Of a DNA stretch of 64,000 nucleotides, positions 54,532 to 62,397 are shown piece after piece; the first letter of the stretch is position 1, and each line of letters starts with the position of its first letter. This stretch comes from Caldithrix sp. GTDB taxonomy: Bacteria > Zhuqueibacterota > Zhuqueibacteria > Thermofontimicrobiales > Sulfurfontimicrobiaceae. The stretch is taken from NCBI GenBank assembly GCA_020722815.1, contig DYKB01000026.1:9774-73773 (forward strand), read 5' to 3'. Under the pieces are notes generated by a model that did no database searches, was not told the origin of the DNA, and saw only the letters and a program-made list of their open reading frames with translations. Made by a program: the position numbers and the translations under genes.

Positions 54532-54941
54532 TAAAATGCAAAGGACAAAAAATTTTTTTAAGTGCCATATTCATCCTCCTGTTTATTATGATGATATGTA
54601 ATTACTCAGGTTCAAAGTTCAGTTGTTCCGGGTTCAGGGTTAAAAAATATTAACAACGAAGAGTTACCAACCATAAACCAGCCAACCAAAGGTGTTACAA
54701 AATTATTTAAAAACGCCCTCATCTATATAGAAGTTTGAAACTGAAAAAAAAATTCCAAAATTTCTAAAATTTTTAACTTTGAATATAAAGAATATATTTA
54801 CTCAATAATGGGGGTTAAATCAAGGTTTTGTTATAAAATTTTCGGAATAAGCTGAAGATCCGGCATCGCACGCGAAAAAACGCGAAGTTCTTCCCGTGAT
54901 TTTTGAAGAGATACCAAAAACGATTTAGTGGCCGAAGATGC

Positions 54942-55910
54942 CTATTCTTCGCCGTCTCGTGTTTTCACCAACGGAATCATCAGATTAAATCCCAAATTAA
55001 TCTCCGCATCAGCAATGCCATCAAAATCACTTTGATACTTGACACCTGCATCAACCGTGAGCCAGGGGAGGACAAAAAAGCGAACACCGCCGATTCCCAG
55101 CCAGGTGCGTCGGATTGAAACTTCGTGGGTCTTTAATTCATAGCCAAAATGGGGCATCGGTTCTACTTCAGCCATTAACCAGGTCTGTGGATTGGCCCGG
55201 ATATAAATACCGCCAAACGGGGCGAGGATTTCCTTTTTCAGCTCAGGAATTTGGCGAAGCTCATAATCCATCAAGGCTTCATTGAACATCCATTGCGAAC
55301 CATGCCGGGTCCGAATATCCATTAAACTCATTCCCAGATGGATTCCACCGTATTCTGTATCCTTTCCGATAATAAAATATAAAGTCGTAAAGCGGCTGGA
55401 AATATTCAGTGTCCGCAGGCTGAGTCCATCAACAGTTTCACTGTTTTCTGGTCGAATTTTAGATTGTTCACTGGCAACGTTACGCCAACCGGTGCTTCGC
55501 AATTGGAGCGCAACCTGGGGCATGAACCAGTAATTTGCCAGACGTTCCGGTATGAGCGAGGCTTTTAGCACCGAAGTGGGAAAAGTTGAACTTTCCTCCG
55601 ATATTTGATTTGAGGAGTTTGAAGTCGCAAATTCAACTTCAGCGATATTTCCCAGTCCAAGCGTAAAATTTTTAAAAATTCCGGTATTATTTTCCATCCC
55701 AAAAAAGCCGCCGGAAGAGACCATGATTTCCATTGATCGGAGAATCCCGCTGGTGGGTGCGAAAAAGAAACGGGCCGGTTCCGTCGCGGTTTTAAAATTT
55801 TTGAAAAAACCAGGGACTTTAGGTTTAACCTCCGGAGTATCCTCCTGGGCGATTAAATTAAAGAACAGACCCGACAGCAAAATGAATAAAAATAAATGTT
55901 TTGATCTCAT
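54942..55910 (-). CDS. Hypothetical outer-membrane beta-barrel-like protein
   Basis: 322 aa with a signal peptide (MRSKHLFLFILLSGLFFNLIAQ). It shows an alternating hydrophobic pattern, is rich in G/F/L strands, and no family was recognised. Confidence 0.6.
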   Translation of the reverse strand: MRSKHLFLFILLSGLFFNLIAQEDTPEVKPKVPGFFKNFKTATEPARFFFAPTSGILRSMEIMVSSGGFFGMENNTGIFKNFTLGLGNIAEVEFATSNSSNQISEESSTFPTSVLKASLIPERLANYWFMPQVALQLRSTGWRNVASEQSKIRPENSETVDGLSLRTLNISSRFTTLYFIIGKDTEYGGIHLGMSLMDIRTRHGSQWMFNEALMDYELRQIPELKKEILAPFGGIYIRANPQTWLMAEVEPMPHFGYELKTHEVSIRRTWLGIGGVRFFVLPWLTVDAGVKYQSDFDGIADAEINLGFNLMIPLVKTRDGEE

Positions 55911-55942
55911 AAAACCTCACTCCTTTTAAACAATTTGTGTAA

Positions 55943-57277
55943 TTATTCGATTTGCCAGCTAAATAAATCTGATTTTCGATAAAATTTTGAAACTCGCTGA
56001 TTAATAATCAGCATGCGCTTTCCATCCGGGCTAAAACTCATTAGTCGTGGTGTTTCATTCCAATCTAACTCCAGAGAAAACGCTTGAGAAGACCACATTT
56101 CATATCCAGAAGGAATCCCCCGGAGCTCCAGATAATTCCGGGTGCGCGAAACTAACAGATCACCATCCGGGCTAAAATGCATTTCATGAACGGTACCAAT
56201 CGTATGCAGCTCGCGAAGAAGGCCAAAGTTTTGCATATCCCAGAGGGCGATATCTCCATCACTATCACCTGTGGCTAATAATGCAAGTTTGGGATAATAA
56301 TCTACGCTGGTTACATCATCCGCATGATAATTTGCAGAGAAAACAACAGTGCCTTCATCAATTTTATAAACATATAACCGGCCAGAAATGACACCGATGA
56401 AATAATTGGAACCCGGCATAAAAAAGCCAAAACCGCGTTCAAAATTATCCCAATAGAAATTATTGACGACTTTTTGCTCATTTATATTAAAAATGTATAA
56501 ACCCTTGTTCACCTCATTGGAACCAAATTTATGTTTTCCATAATATGCAATCAAACTACCACAGGGGCTGATAACCAGAAAATCATACCGTATTTCAAAA
56601 TCAGACAAATAAAAACTTTTTAACAAGTTAAAGCTAAAATTTTCATAAAGGTCAATTCGGTTATTGCTTCCTAATATTGCAAAAAATGACCTGTTTTGTG
56701 AAAAAAAGATATTCAAAAATGTCGAATTTTCATAATTGAAGAGAATCTCGTTTTCGGGAAATTGAATTATATTTACCGCTGCCGGTTTTTTTACACAGAC
56801 AAGCGTTTTATTTTCTGGGGTCAAATATAAATCACATACCTTATCATTCACAATTTGGGCAAATGTCGTATCTTCCCAGAAAGTTTTGCGAACCGCATTG
56901 ACAATCCCGCAGGTCAATTTATATTTCATACTGATGGTGGTGATTTGATAGGATAATTTGGTGACATTTTCAGGAAGGCGTGTCAGGGAATCAGAAAATT
57001 CGGCTTTTGGATACCGCACACGGGCAATTTCCTTAAAAAATGCGCCATCGACTGACCGTTCAACAATGAATCCATCAATGTGGGGACTATTACATTTCCA
57101 GAATAGATGAACAAATTGATTATCAATTATTTCACCATTCAAAATAATTGACGGGTAATTCCCATCCTCGCCTGGCGGTTTATCATTATAAAGAAAATTA
57201 TCCGTACACGAACAGATAATGAGTAAAGTGAGAAATGATATGCTAATTTTTTTAATCTTGTTTTTCATAATTTTCAA
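55943..57277 (-). CDS. Lipoprotein with FN3-like domain and WD40-type beta-propeller repeats
   Basis: 444 aa with a lipobox (LLIICSC). The FN3-like segment reads FVHLFWKCNSPHIDGFIVERSVDGAFFKEIARV. The WD40-like repeat reads VTSVDYYPKLALLATGDSDGDIALWDMQ. Confidence 0.7.
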   Translation of the reverse strand: MKIMKNKIKKISISFLTLLIICSCTDNFLYNDKPPGEDGNYPSIILNGEIIDNQFVHLFWKCNSPHIDGFIVERSVDGAFFKEIARVRYPKAEFSDSLTRLPENVTKLSYQITTISMKYKLTCGIVNAVRKTFWEDTTFAQIVNDKVCDLYLTPENKTLVCVKKPAAVNIIQFPENEILFNYENSTFLNIFFSQNRSFFAILGSNNRIDLYENFSFNLLKSFYLSDFEIRYDFLVISPCGSLIAYYGKHKFGSNEVNKGLYIFNINEQKVVNNFYWDNFERGFGFFMPGSNYFIGVISGRLYVYKIDEGTVVFSANYHADDVTSVDYYPKLALLATGDSDGDIALWDMQNFGLLRELHTIGTVHEMHFSPDGDLLVSRTRNYLELRGIPSGYEMWSSQAFSLELDWNETPRLMSFSPDGKRMLIINQRVSKFYRKSDLFSWQIE

Positions 57278-57374
57278 TTAATTGATGAAAACCTGTAAGT
57301 ATTTGTTTTTTTTTGATCTACTTTATGAGTGAATTATCAAATTCCTGTCCGATTGTCTTGATTTACAAAAGTGT

Positions 57375-57965
57375 TTAAAACGATATTTGATAAGAAGATA
57401 ATTCAATATTGGTCCATGCACCATAAATTTTAACGATTCCAACTCCTGGTGCCAGGACATATCCCACTTCATCATCGATAGCCCGCGGTATATCAAAGTA
57501 GAAATCGATACAATTTTTAAAATTACCCGCTTTCGTTTTGAGTTGGACATTTCGTTTGACATGAACCTGATATGAATCATTTCCAATTTTATGATCCAGA
57601 ATGTAGGTTGATCCATGCGGTTGGGTGATATCCAGCCAGATAATCTCTTTTCCCTGATAAAAATTATGAACGCGTCCCAAATCATCCACTCTTAATGTAT
57701 CTACCCATGCATTACCGGGACCATAGAGAAAATAGTTTTTCTGCTGAAGTTGAATTTTATCAATAATTTTATAAGTAATTGTTTGTGAATCATAAAGTGG
57801 ATTGTGGTATGTCCATGTATTTCCTTTAGTTAAGGGAAAATAAGTATATGAATAAAATGGATTTAAGCTGAGATCATTTTCACAACCCAAAAGAAAGAGC
57901 CAGCAACTCCAAAAAATAGCGTGTAATCGTTTATTGCGTTCAATTTTACTCGATTGTTTAAACAT
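57375..57965 (-). CDS. Hypothetical lipoprotein
   Basis: 196 aa. The N-terminus WSCWLFLLGCEND is lipobox-like. No family was recognised. The overlapping track ORF 57323..57685 is in another frame and is rejected. Confidence 0.55.
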   Translation of the reverse strand: MFKQSSKIERNKRLHAIFWSCWLFLLGCENDLSLNPFYSYTYFPLTKGNTWTYHNPLYDSQTITYKIIDKIQLQQKNYFLYGPGNAWVDTLRVDDLGRVHNFYQGKEIIWLDITQPHGSTYILDHKIGNDSYQVHVKRNVQLKTKAGNFKNCIDFYFDIPRAIDDEVGYVLAPGVGIVKIYGAWTNIELSSYQISF

Positions 57966-58013
57966 TTTTTCTGGATTCCTCGATTATGTCAAAAATAATG
58001 GACGATTTGAATT

Positions 58014-58451
58014 TTACATCAAAAAAACAAGCCCCAGACTCTCAAAATATTTTTTTATATCCATAATGAGATCATTCCGTATGGTCGGATAATTCGGCAA
58101 GCCTCCCCGCCAGATGATCGTTTCTCCTTTCGGAATCTGCCTGGCAACATTTTGAAGCGCCTCAAAGCCTTTCACTTTAACCTTACTCCAGGCATTACCA
58201 ACCGTCTGACAATCATCTGATTGAATTTCCTGCTCACTTTTAGCCCGATTCGTTCCGGTTATAAGCGTAAAATAATTTTCACCATTCTCAATCCAGCCAT
58301 AAAGCTCGTATCCCTTCATCGATTCTGGAAATATAAAATTGCTCGTTTTTTGATCGCTTTCAGGTGATGTTAATTGTTGACAATTGAACAAAAGCGCTAA
58401 TAATATTATCATGAAAGGTATAAATAGTTTTATCTTTATGAATCTTTTCAT
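58014..58451 (-). CDS. Hypothetical small lipoprotein, first gene behind a sigma-54-type promoter
   Basis: 145 aa. The N-terminus IILLALLFNCQQ is lipobox-like. The RBS is GGGGAAG and the promoter is at 58514-58530. Confidence 0.6.
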   Translation of the reverse strand: MKRFIKIKLFIPFMIILLALLFNCQQLTSPESDQKTSNFIFPESMKGYELYGWIENGENYFTLITGTNRAKSEQEIQSDDCQTVGNAWSKVKVKGFEALQNVARQIPKGETIIWRGGLPNYPTIRNDLIMDIKKYFESLGLVFLM

Positions 58452-58513
58452 CGTTGACTTCCCCGGTAAATACTATCTCTCATCAAAAACATTCAAATTC
58501 TGATTCCATTAAA

Positions 58514-58530
58514 ATGCAATCGATATACCA
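58514..58530 (-). promoter_or_regulatory. Sigma-54 (-24/-12) promoter
   Basis: The minus strand reads TGGTATATCGATTGCAT. GG and GC are separated by exactly 10 nt, as in the consensus TGGCACG-N4-TTGC(A/T). It lies about 63 nt upstream of ATG 58451. Confidence 0.55.
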
Positions 58531-58681
58531 GATTATGACTTTTCGGCAAAAATTGAAATCATTTTAGACGAATAGCTAATATCATATTGAAAATAATAAA
58601 GTTATCAAAAAATAGATTACAAGATATAAAGAAGTGAAATAAAAATTGATCAGGCTGGATATCAAATTAAAAATATTATTA

Positions 58682-58714
58682 TCAGATTTCTGAAAGAAAA
58701 TATCAGAAATCTGA
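58682..58714 (-). terminator. Hairpin after the 58717..59802 gene; its arms are also two TCAGA-nn-TCTGA dyads (possible enhancer-binding-protein sites)
   Basis: tcagatttctga (58682-58693) and tcagaaatctga (58703-58714) are exact reverse complements with a 9-nt loop. An AT-rich tail follows on the minus strand. The dyad centres are 21 bp apart and about 175 bp upstream of the -24/-12 element. Confidence 0.5.
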
Positions 58715-58716
58715 GA

Positions 58717-59802
58717 CTAAAACCGTATTTCGAGACCAGAAGTGATGAGCTGTTTCTGATAAAATTCGGATCGGAAAGGAGATTCATTTTTATAATATCC
58801 ATAGCGAAGAAAAATGGAAATATTTGAAGTAAAAGAGCGGGAAATATCGATGATAAAGCAGTTATTTTCCTCCTGCTCCGTATCCAGTTGCATCTGAAAG
58901 AAAGGACCGAACTGATCTTTATATTTTTTATTTTGAAAAGTGAGATAGAATTGAATCAGATAGTGCGAAAAAAACTTTTTCGAAGTATTAAACCCCCAGT
59001 AATGTTTTTGATAGGAGAAGCCAAAATTATTGGATTGGTTATCTTCATAAAAATAACCCAATTTTACCAGAAAAAAACTCAGGTAACTGGCTTGAAAGGA
59101 GAATAGCGATAAATTATCCAGTTGCTGCTCATTTTGATAAATTAGTTGATTGGGGGCGCCAAGTTTATAGATATTTCTTTGATATTTAAGCTGGTTCTGA
59201 CTCAGGCTTGCCTCCAGAACCAGATGCCGTGAAATATTTTTCGAAAGCGCCAGACCCAATTCCGTCCCTTGAAAATCATAAAAAGTACTGGCACGGTAGT
59301 TCAGGCTATGCGGCCGATAAAAAATGAAAAGCGCCGTTTGAAGAGGAAGTACAAATCGCGTATAAAAATTTGATGTCAGTAATGAATAATCAATTGGTTC
59401 ATAAATAAAAAATTTTGTCCGCCACTGAAAATTTATGCCCGCAAAAACAGCATTATTCAGCTTCAATTCTGATGAAAACTGGCTTTCGCCGGTAAATTTA
59501 TCTTCACGAGCCTGTTTTTCATAACCTTGATAACCACCCGTGATGCGAAAGCTAAAATTTAATCTGGAAAATTGTTTGTTCCCGGATGTTTGTAAGAGAA
59601 ATCGCAGCGATGGTTCACTTATCGGATCGTACCGGGATTCGTAAATATTATCATCTATTTCCGCGCCAACCTGGAAACGATTTTTAACATGCCAGCCAGT
59701 CAATATATTTCCCGGGACGATTTCTTCTGGCAAGAAAACAAGGATAGTGATACAAAAAATCAATGTAACTATTTTTTTTTCATGCATGAGTGGGCTCGCC
59801 AT
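58717..59802 (-). CDS. Hypothetical outer-membrane beta-barrel protein
   Basis: 361 aa with a signal-like N-terminus and alternating-strand composition rich in Y/F/N/Q. The C-terminal ...TSGLEIRF carries the terminal aromatic residue typical of OMPs. Its ATG overlaps the upstream stop (ATGA at 59802). Confidence 0.6.
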   Translation of the reverse strand: MASPLMHEKKIVTLIFCITILVFLPEEIVPGNILTGWHVKNRFQVGAEIDDNIYESRYDPISEPSLRFLLQTSGNKQFSRLNFSFRITGGYQGYEKQAREDKFTGESQFSSELKLNNAVFAGINFQWRTKFFIYEPIDYSLLTSNFYTRFVLPLQTALFIFYRPHSLNYRASTFYDFQGTELGLALSKNISRHLVLEASLSQNQLKYQRNIYKLGAPNQLIYQNEQQLDNLSLFSFQASYLSFFLVKLGYFYEDNQSNNFGFSYQKHYWGFNTSKKFFSHYLIQFYLTFQNKKYKDQFGPFFQMQLDTEQEENNCFIIDISRSFTSNISIFLRYGYYKNESPFRSEFYQKQLITSGLEIRF

Positions 59803-60854
59803 TACTTTTCCTGAGTGCTGCCGGCCTTTTTCGAAAGTTGTTCCGACCGGGATTTCAAACTATCGGCTGTTGATAAAAGCAACTGTTTCCGTTTTTCCAG
59901 ATTTGTAATATATGTTTGAATATCCTGTACGCTTAATTCTGTCGCATCCCGCTGAATGGATAAGTTCGGAAACAGTGGTCGGATGGAAGATTTACTCGTT
60001 ACCGGAAGCTGGAGATAGGCATTATTTCGCGCAGCATTATTTTGCATCGAAATCAGATCGTCATTTTGAAAATCCCCCAATACCGTCTCAGGACTACCCG
60101 TTCGTTTATCTGTATTGCTGGTTTGCGAAGCTGAACCAACTTTAATCGGTTCGTCACGATGACTGAACAGGGTTAAATCCTGCTCCAGTTCGACCATCTT
60201 CTCCCGGATTTCAATTTCATCTTTCAGATTTTTGGCGATTCGTTCAAGTTCCTTAGCATTTTTACGCAATTTTTTTTCCTGATCCAGCAGCCATTCGGCT
60301 TTTTCGCGCATCTGACGGGGATTTTCATCTGTTTCCAGCGCCATTTGATTTAATTCAACGATTTCCTGAATTCCTAACTCAATTCTGGCCTGAACTAACT
60401 CGCGTTTTTCCTTGACAACCCCCAGTTGAAAGACGAACTCTTTTTTGACTGATTTATCTAACTTTTTGTTTTTTAATTGCGTTATCAGACTTTTTATTTG
60501 ATCATCATATCTTTCAATGAGCTGCTCACACTGGGATTGCAGTTTTTGGTTATGACTGAAAATATCCTTATCCAGTAATTCAATTTCCCGGGTCAATTCC
60601 TGCGAAGTTTTTAGCAGGCTCTCCAGGCGTTGTCGCTGAAAATAACCCGTCTCTTTTTGATTTTTCAGCGCTGAAATTTCCATCGCCAGATTATTCGCCC
60701 GACTATTTAAATCTGTGCGCTGCTGCGAAAGCGTTTGCAGCATCACCTCCGTCGCCTGGAGTTCATTTTCTAGCTTCTGAATTTCTGAGGTATCAGCTCG
60801 CAGACTCAGTATAAAAATCAGGCAGAGGGCGATTATGTATTTTAAAATTAACAT
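59802..60854 (-). CDS. Secreted coiled-coil protein
   Basis: 350 aa with a signal peptide (MLILKYIIALCLIFILSLRA). It has about 230 aa of heptad-like E/K/Q/L-rich sequence, then a low-complexity S/T/N linker and a second short coiled coil. Confidence 0.65.
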   Translation of the reverse strand: MLILKYIIALCLIFILSLRADTSEIQKLENELQATEVMLQTLSQQRTDLNSRANNLAMEISALKNQKETGYFQRQRLESLLKTSQELTREIELLDKDIFSHNQKLQSQCEQLIERYDDQIKSLITQLKNKKLDKSVKKEFVFQLGVVKEKRELVQARIELGIQEIVELNQMALETDENPRQMREKAEWLLDQEKKLRKNAKELERIAKNLKDEIEIREKMVELEQDLTLFSHRDEPIKVGSASQTSNTDKRTGSPETVLGDFQNDDLISMQNNAARNNAYLQLPVTSKSSIRPLFPNLSIQRDATELSVQDIQTYITNLEKRKQLLLSTADSLKSRSEQLSKKAGSTQEK

Positions 60855-60911
60855 GTTAGCGTACCTTCAAAATAATTTATTTTTCGGGATTATGGTTCAT
60901 GAAGCGTAACG

Positions 60912-60978
60912 CGTGATACGTAATACGTAAAAAGAAGATTATGTTTAATCCATTATTTTTCACGCATTACGCATCACG
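60912..60978. repeat. Inverted repeat built from ACGTAAT-type heptads (family H)
   Basis: Left arm cgtgatacgtaatacgtaaaaa (60912-60933) and right arm tttttcacgcattacgcatcacg (60956-60978). The three non-Watson-Crick positions are G-U on the minus-strand RNA but A-C on the plus strand. Confidence 0.7.
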
Positions 60979-60985
60979 TTTCTCG

Positions 60986-62395
60986 TCAAATAAGCCCATA
61001 TTTCTCCATTTTATAATACAACGCACTGGTTTTAACATTCAACAGTCGCGCAGCCTCGGTTTTAATGCCCTTGGCTTGTTCCAGCGCGTTTTCAATCAGT
61101 CTTTTTTCAACACTTTCCAGCGCCAGATTTAAATCCATCACACTATCCGACAAATAAATGTCGTTATTTTGATTTTTTTCCTCAATCAGAATTGGCAAAT
61201 CGGTTGAATTGATAACATTTCCTTCACAAAGTACAGCAGCTCTTTCTAAAACATTTTCCAGTTCCCGCACGTTTCCTGGCCAATGATAACCAAGCAATAC
61301 TTTTTTGGCATTGTCATCAATTTTGAGATTTGTTTTCTTGATTTCCTGCCCAATTTTTTGCAAAAAATAATTTGCCAGCAGCAGGATATCCTCTTTCCGT
61401 TCACGCAGCGGGGGCATTTGAATCGGCAAAATATGTAACCGATAGTATAAATCTTCACGAAATTTCCCTTTTGCCACTTCTTCTTTCAAGTTTTTATTCG
61501 TCGCGGCAATAATTCGGACATCGATACTTAATGTTTCTTCACTCCCCACCCGTTCAAATTCCTTCTCCTGAACCACTCGCAGGAGTTTCAATTGCATGGC
61601 CGGCGAAATATCGCCAATTTCATCCAGAAAAATGGTGCCTTTATGCGCCAGTTCAAATCGGCCTTTCTTGCGCCGCATCGCCCCGGTAAAAGCCCCCCGC
61701 TCATGGCCAAATAATTCAGATTCCAGAATTCCTTCAGCCAGTGCGCCACAATTAACCCGGATAAACGGTTTTGCATTTCGTTGACTGGCTTTGTGAATTG
61801 CCCGTGCCACCAGTTCTTTCCCGGTACCGCTTTCTCCATAAATCAAAATCGAGGAATCAGTAGGGGCGACTTTCTCGATCATCCGATAAATGGTTTGCAT
61901 CGGGGCTGAATTACCCACAATCTCACCGAAATTAAACTGGACATCCAGTTCATTCCGAAGATAGCGATTTTCTTCCGAAAGTCGCTGAATTTCAGCCTGT
62001 TCCTGCAGGTGATCCAGTGCTTTTTTGACTTTTACCTGAAATTCCTGCGGTGAAAAGGGTTTGGTGATAAAATCAAAAGCACCCTGTTGGATTGCTTCTA
62101 CTGCCAGTTCAATCGTTCCATACGCGGTAATGAGAATGACTTCGATATTCGGATTCTTGTTCTGCTGTTTGACCTGTTTCAACACTTCAAGGCCGTCCAA
62201 CCCATCCATTTTATAATCGGTAATCACCAGATCAAAAGACTGTTTTTCCAGCCTTTCCAAACCGGCCAATCCATTCGATGCTTCACCGACCTCGTGCCCC
62301 ATTTTTTTCAAGATGAGCGACATCCCTTCACGCATGGTCTCGTTGTCTTCGATGAGCAAAATACGACTCACATTTTTTTCCCCTGTTTCCGACAC
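60986..62395 (-). CDS. Sigma-54-dependent response regulator (NtrC family)
   Basis: 469 aa with a REC domain (ILLIEDNETMREG...DLVITDYKMDGLDG). The AAA+ sigma-54 activator domain has GESGTGKE, GAFTGA and ELFGHERGAFTGA. The C-terminal Fis-type HTH reads KTEAARLLNVKTSALYYKMEKYGL. Confidence 0.9.
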   Translation of the reverse strand: MSETGEKNVSRILLIEDNETMREGMSLILKKMGHEVGEASNGLAGLERLEKQSFDLVITDYKMDGLDGLEVLKQVKQQNKNPNIEVILITAYGTIELAVEAIQQGAFDFITKPFSPQEFQVKVKKALDHLQEQAEIQRLSEENRYLRNELDVQFNFGEIVGNSAPMQTIYRMIEKVAPTDSSILIYGESGTGKELVARAIHKASQRNAKPFIRVNCGALAEGILESELFGHERGAFTGAMRRKKGRFELAHKGTIFLDEIGDISPAMQLKLLRVVQEKEFERVGSEETLSIDVRIIAATNKNLKEEVAKGKFREDLYYRLHILPIQMPPLRERKEDILLLANYFLQKIGQEIKKTNLKIDDNAKKVLLGYHWPGNVRELENVLERAAVLCEGNVINSTDLPILIEEKNQNNDIYLSDSVMDLNLALESVEKRLIENALEQAKGIKTEAARLLNVKTSALYYKMEKYGLI

Positions 62396-62397
62396 GA

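Noticed and set aside
60855-60985. A second sigma-54 promoter in front of the coiled-coil/OMP gene pair
   Set aside because: No GG-N10-GC element with TGG/TTGC context was found on the minus strand between 60985 and 60855. Only the heptad inverted repeat is there. Transcription may read through from the regulator genes or use a promoter I cannot recognise.
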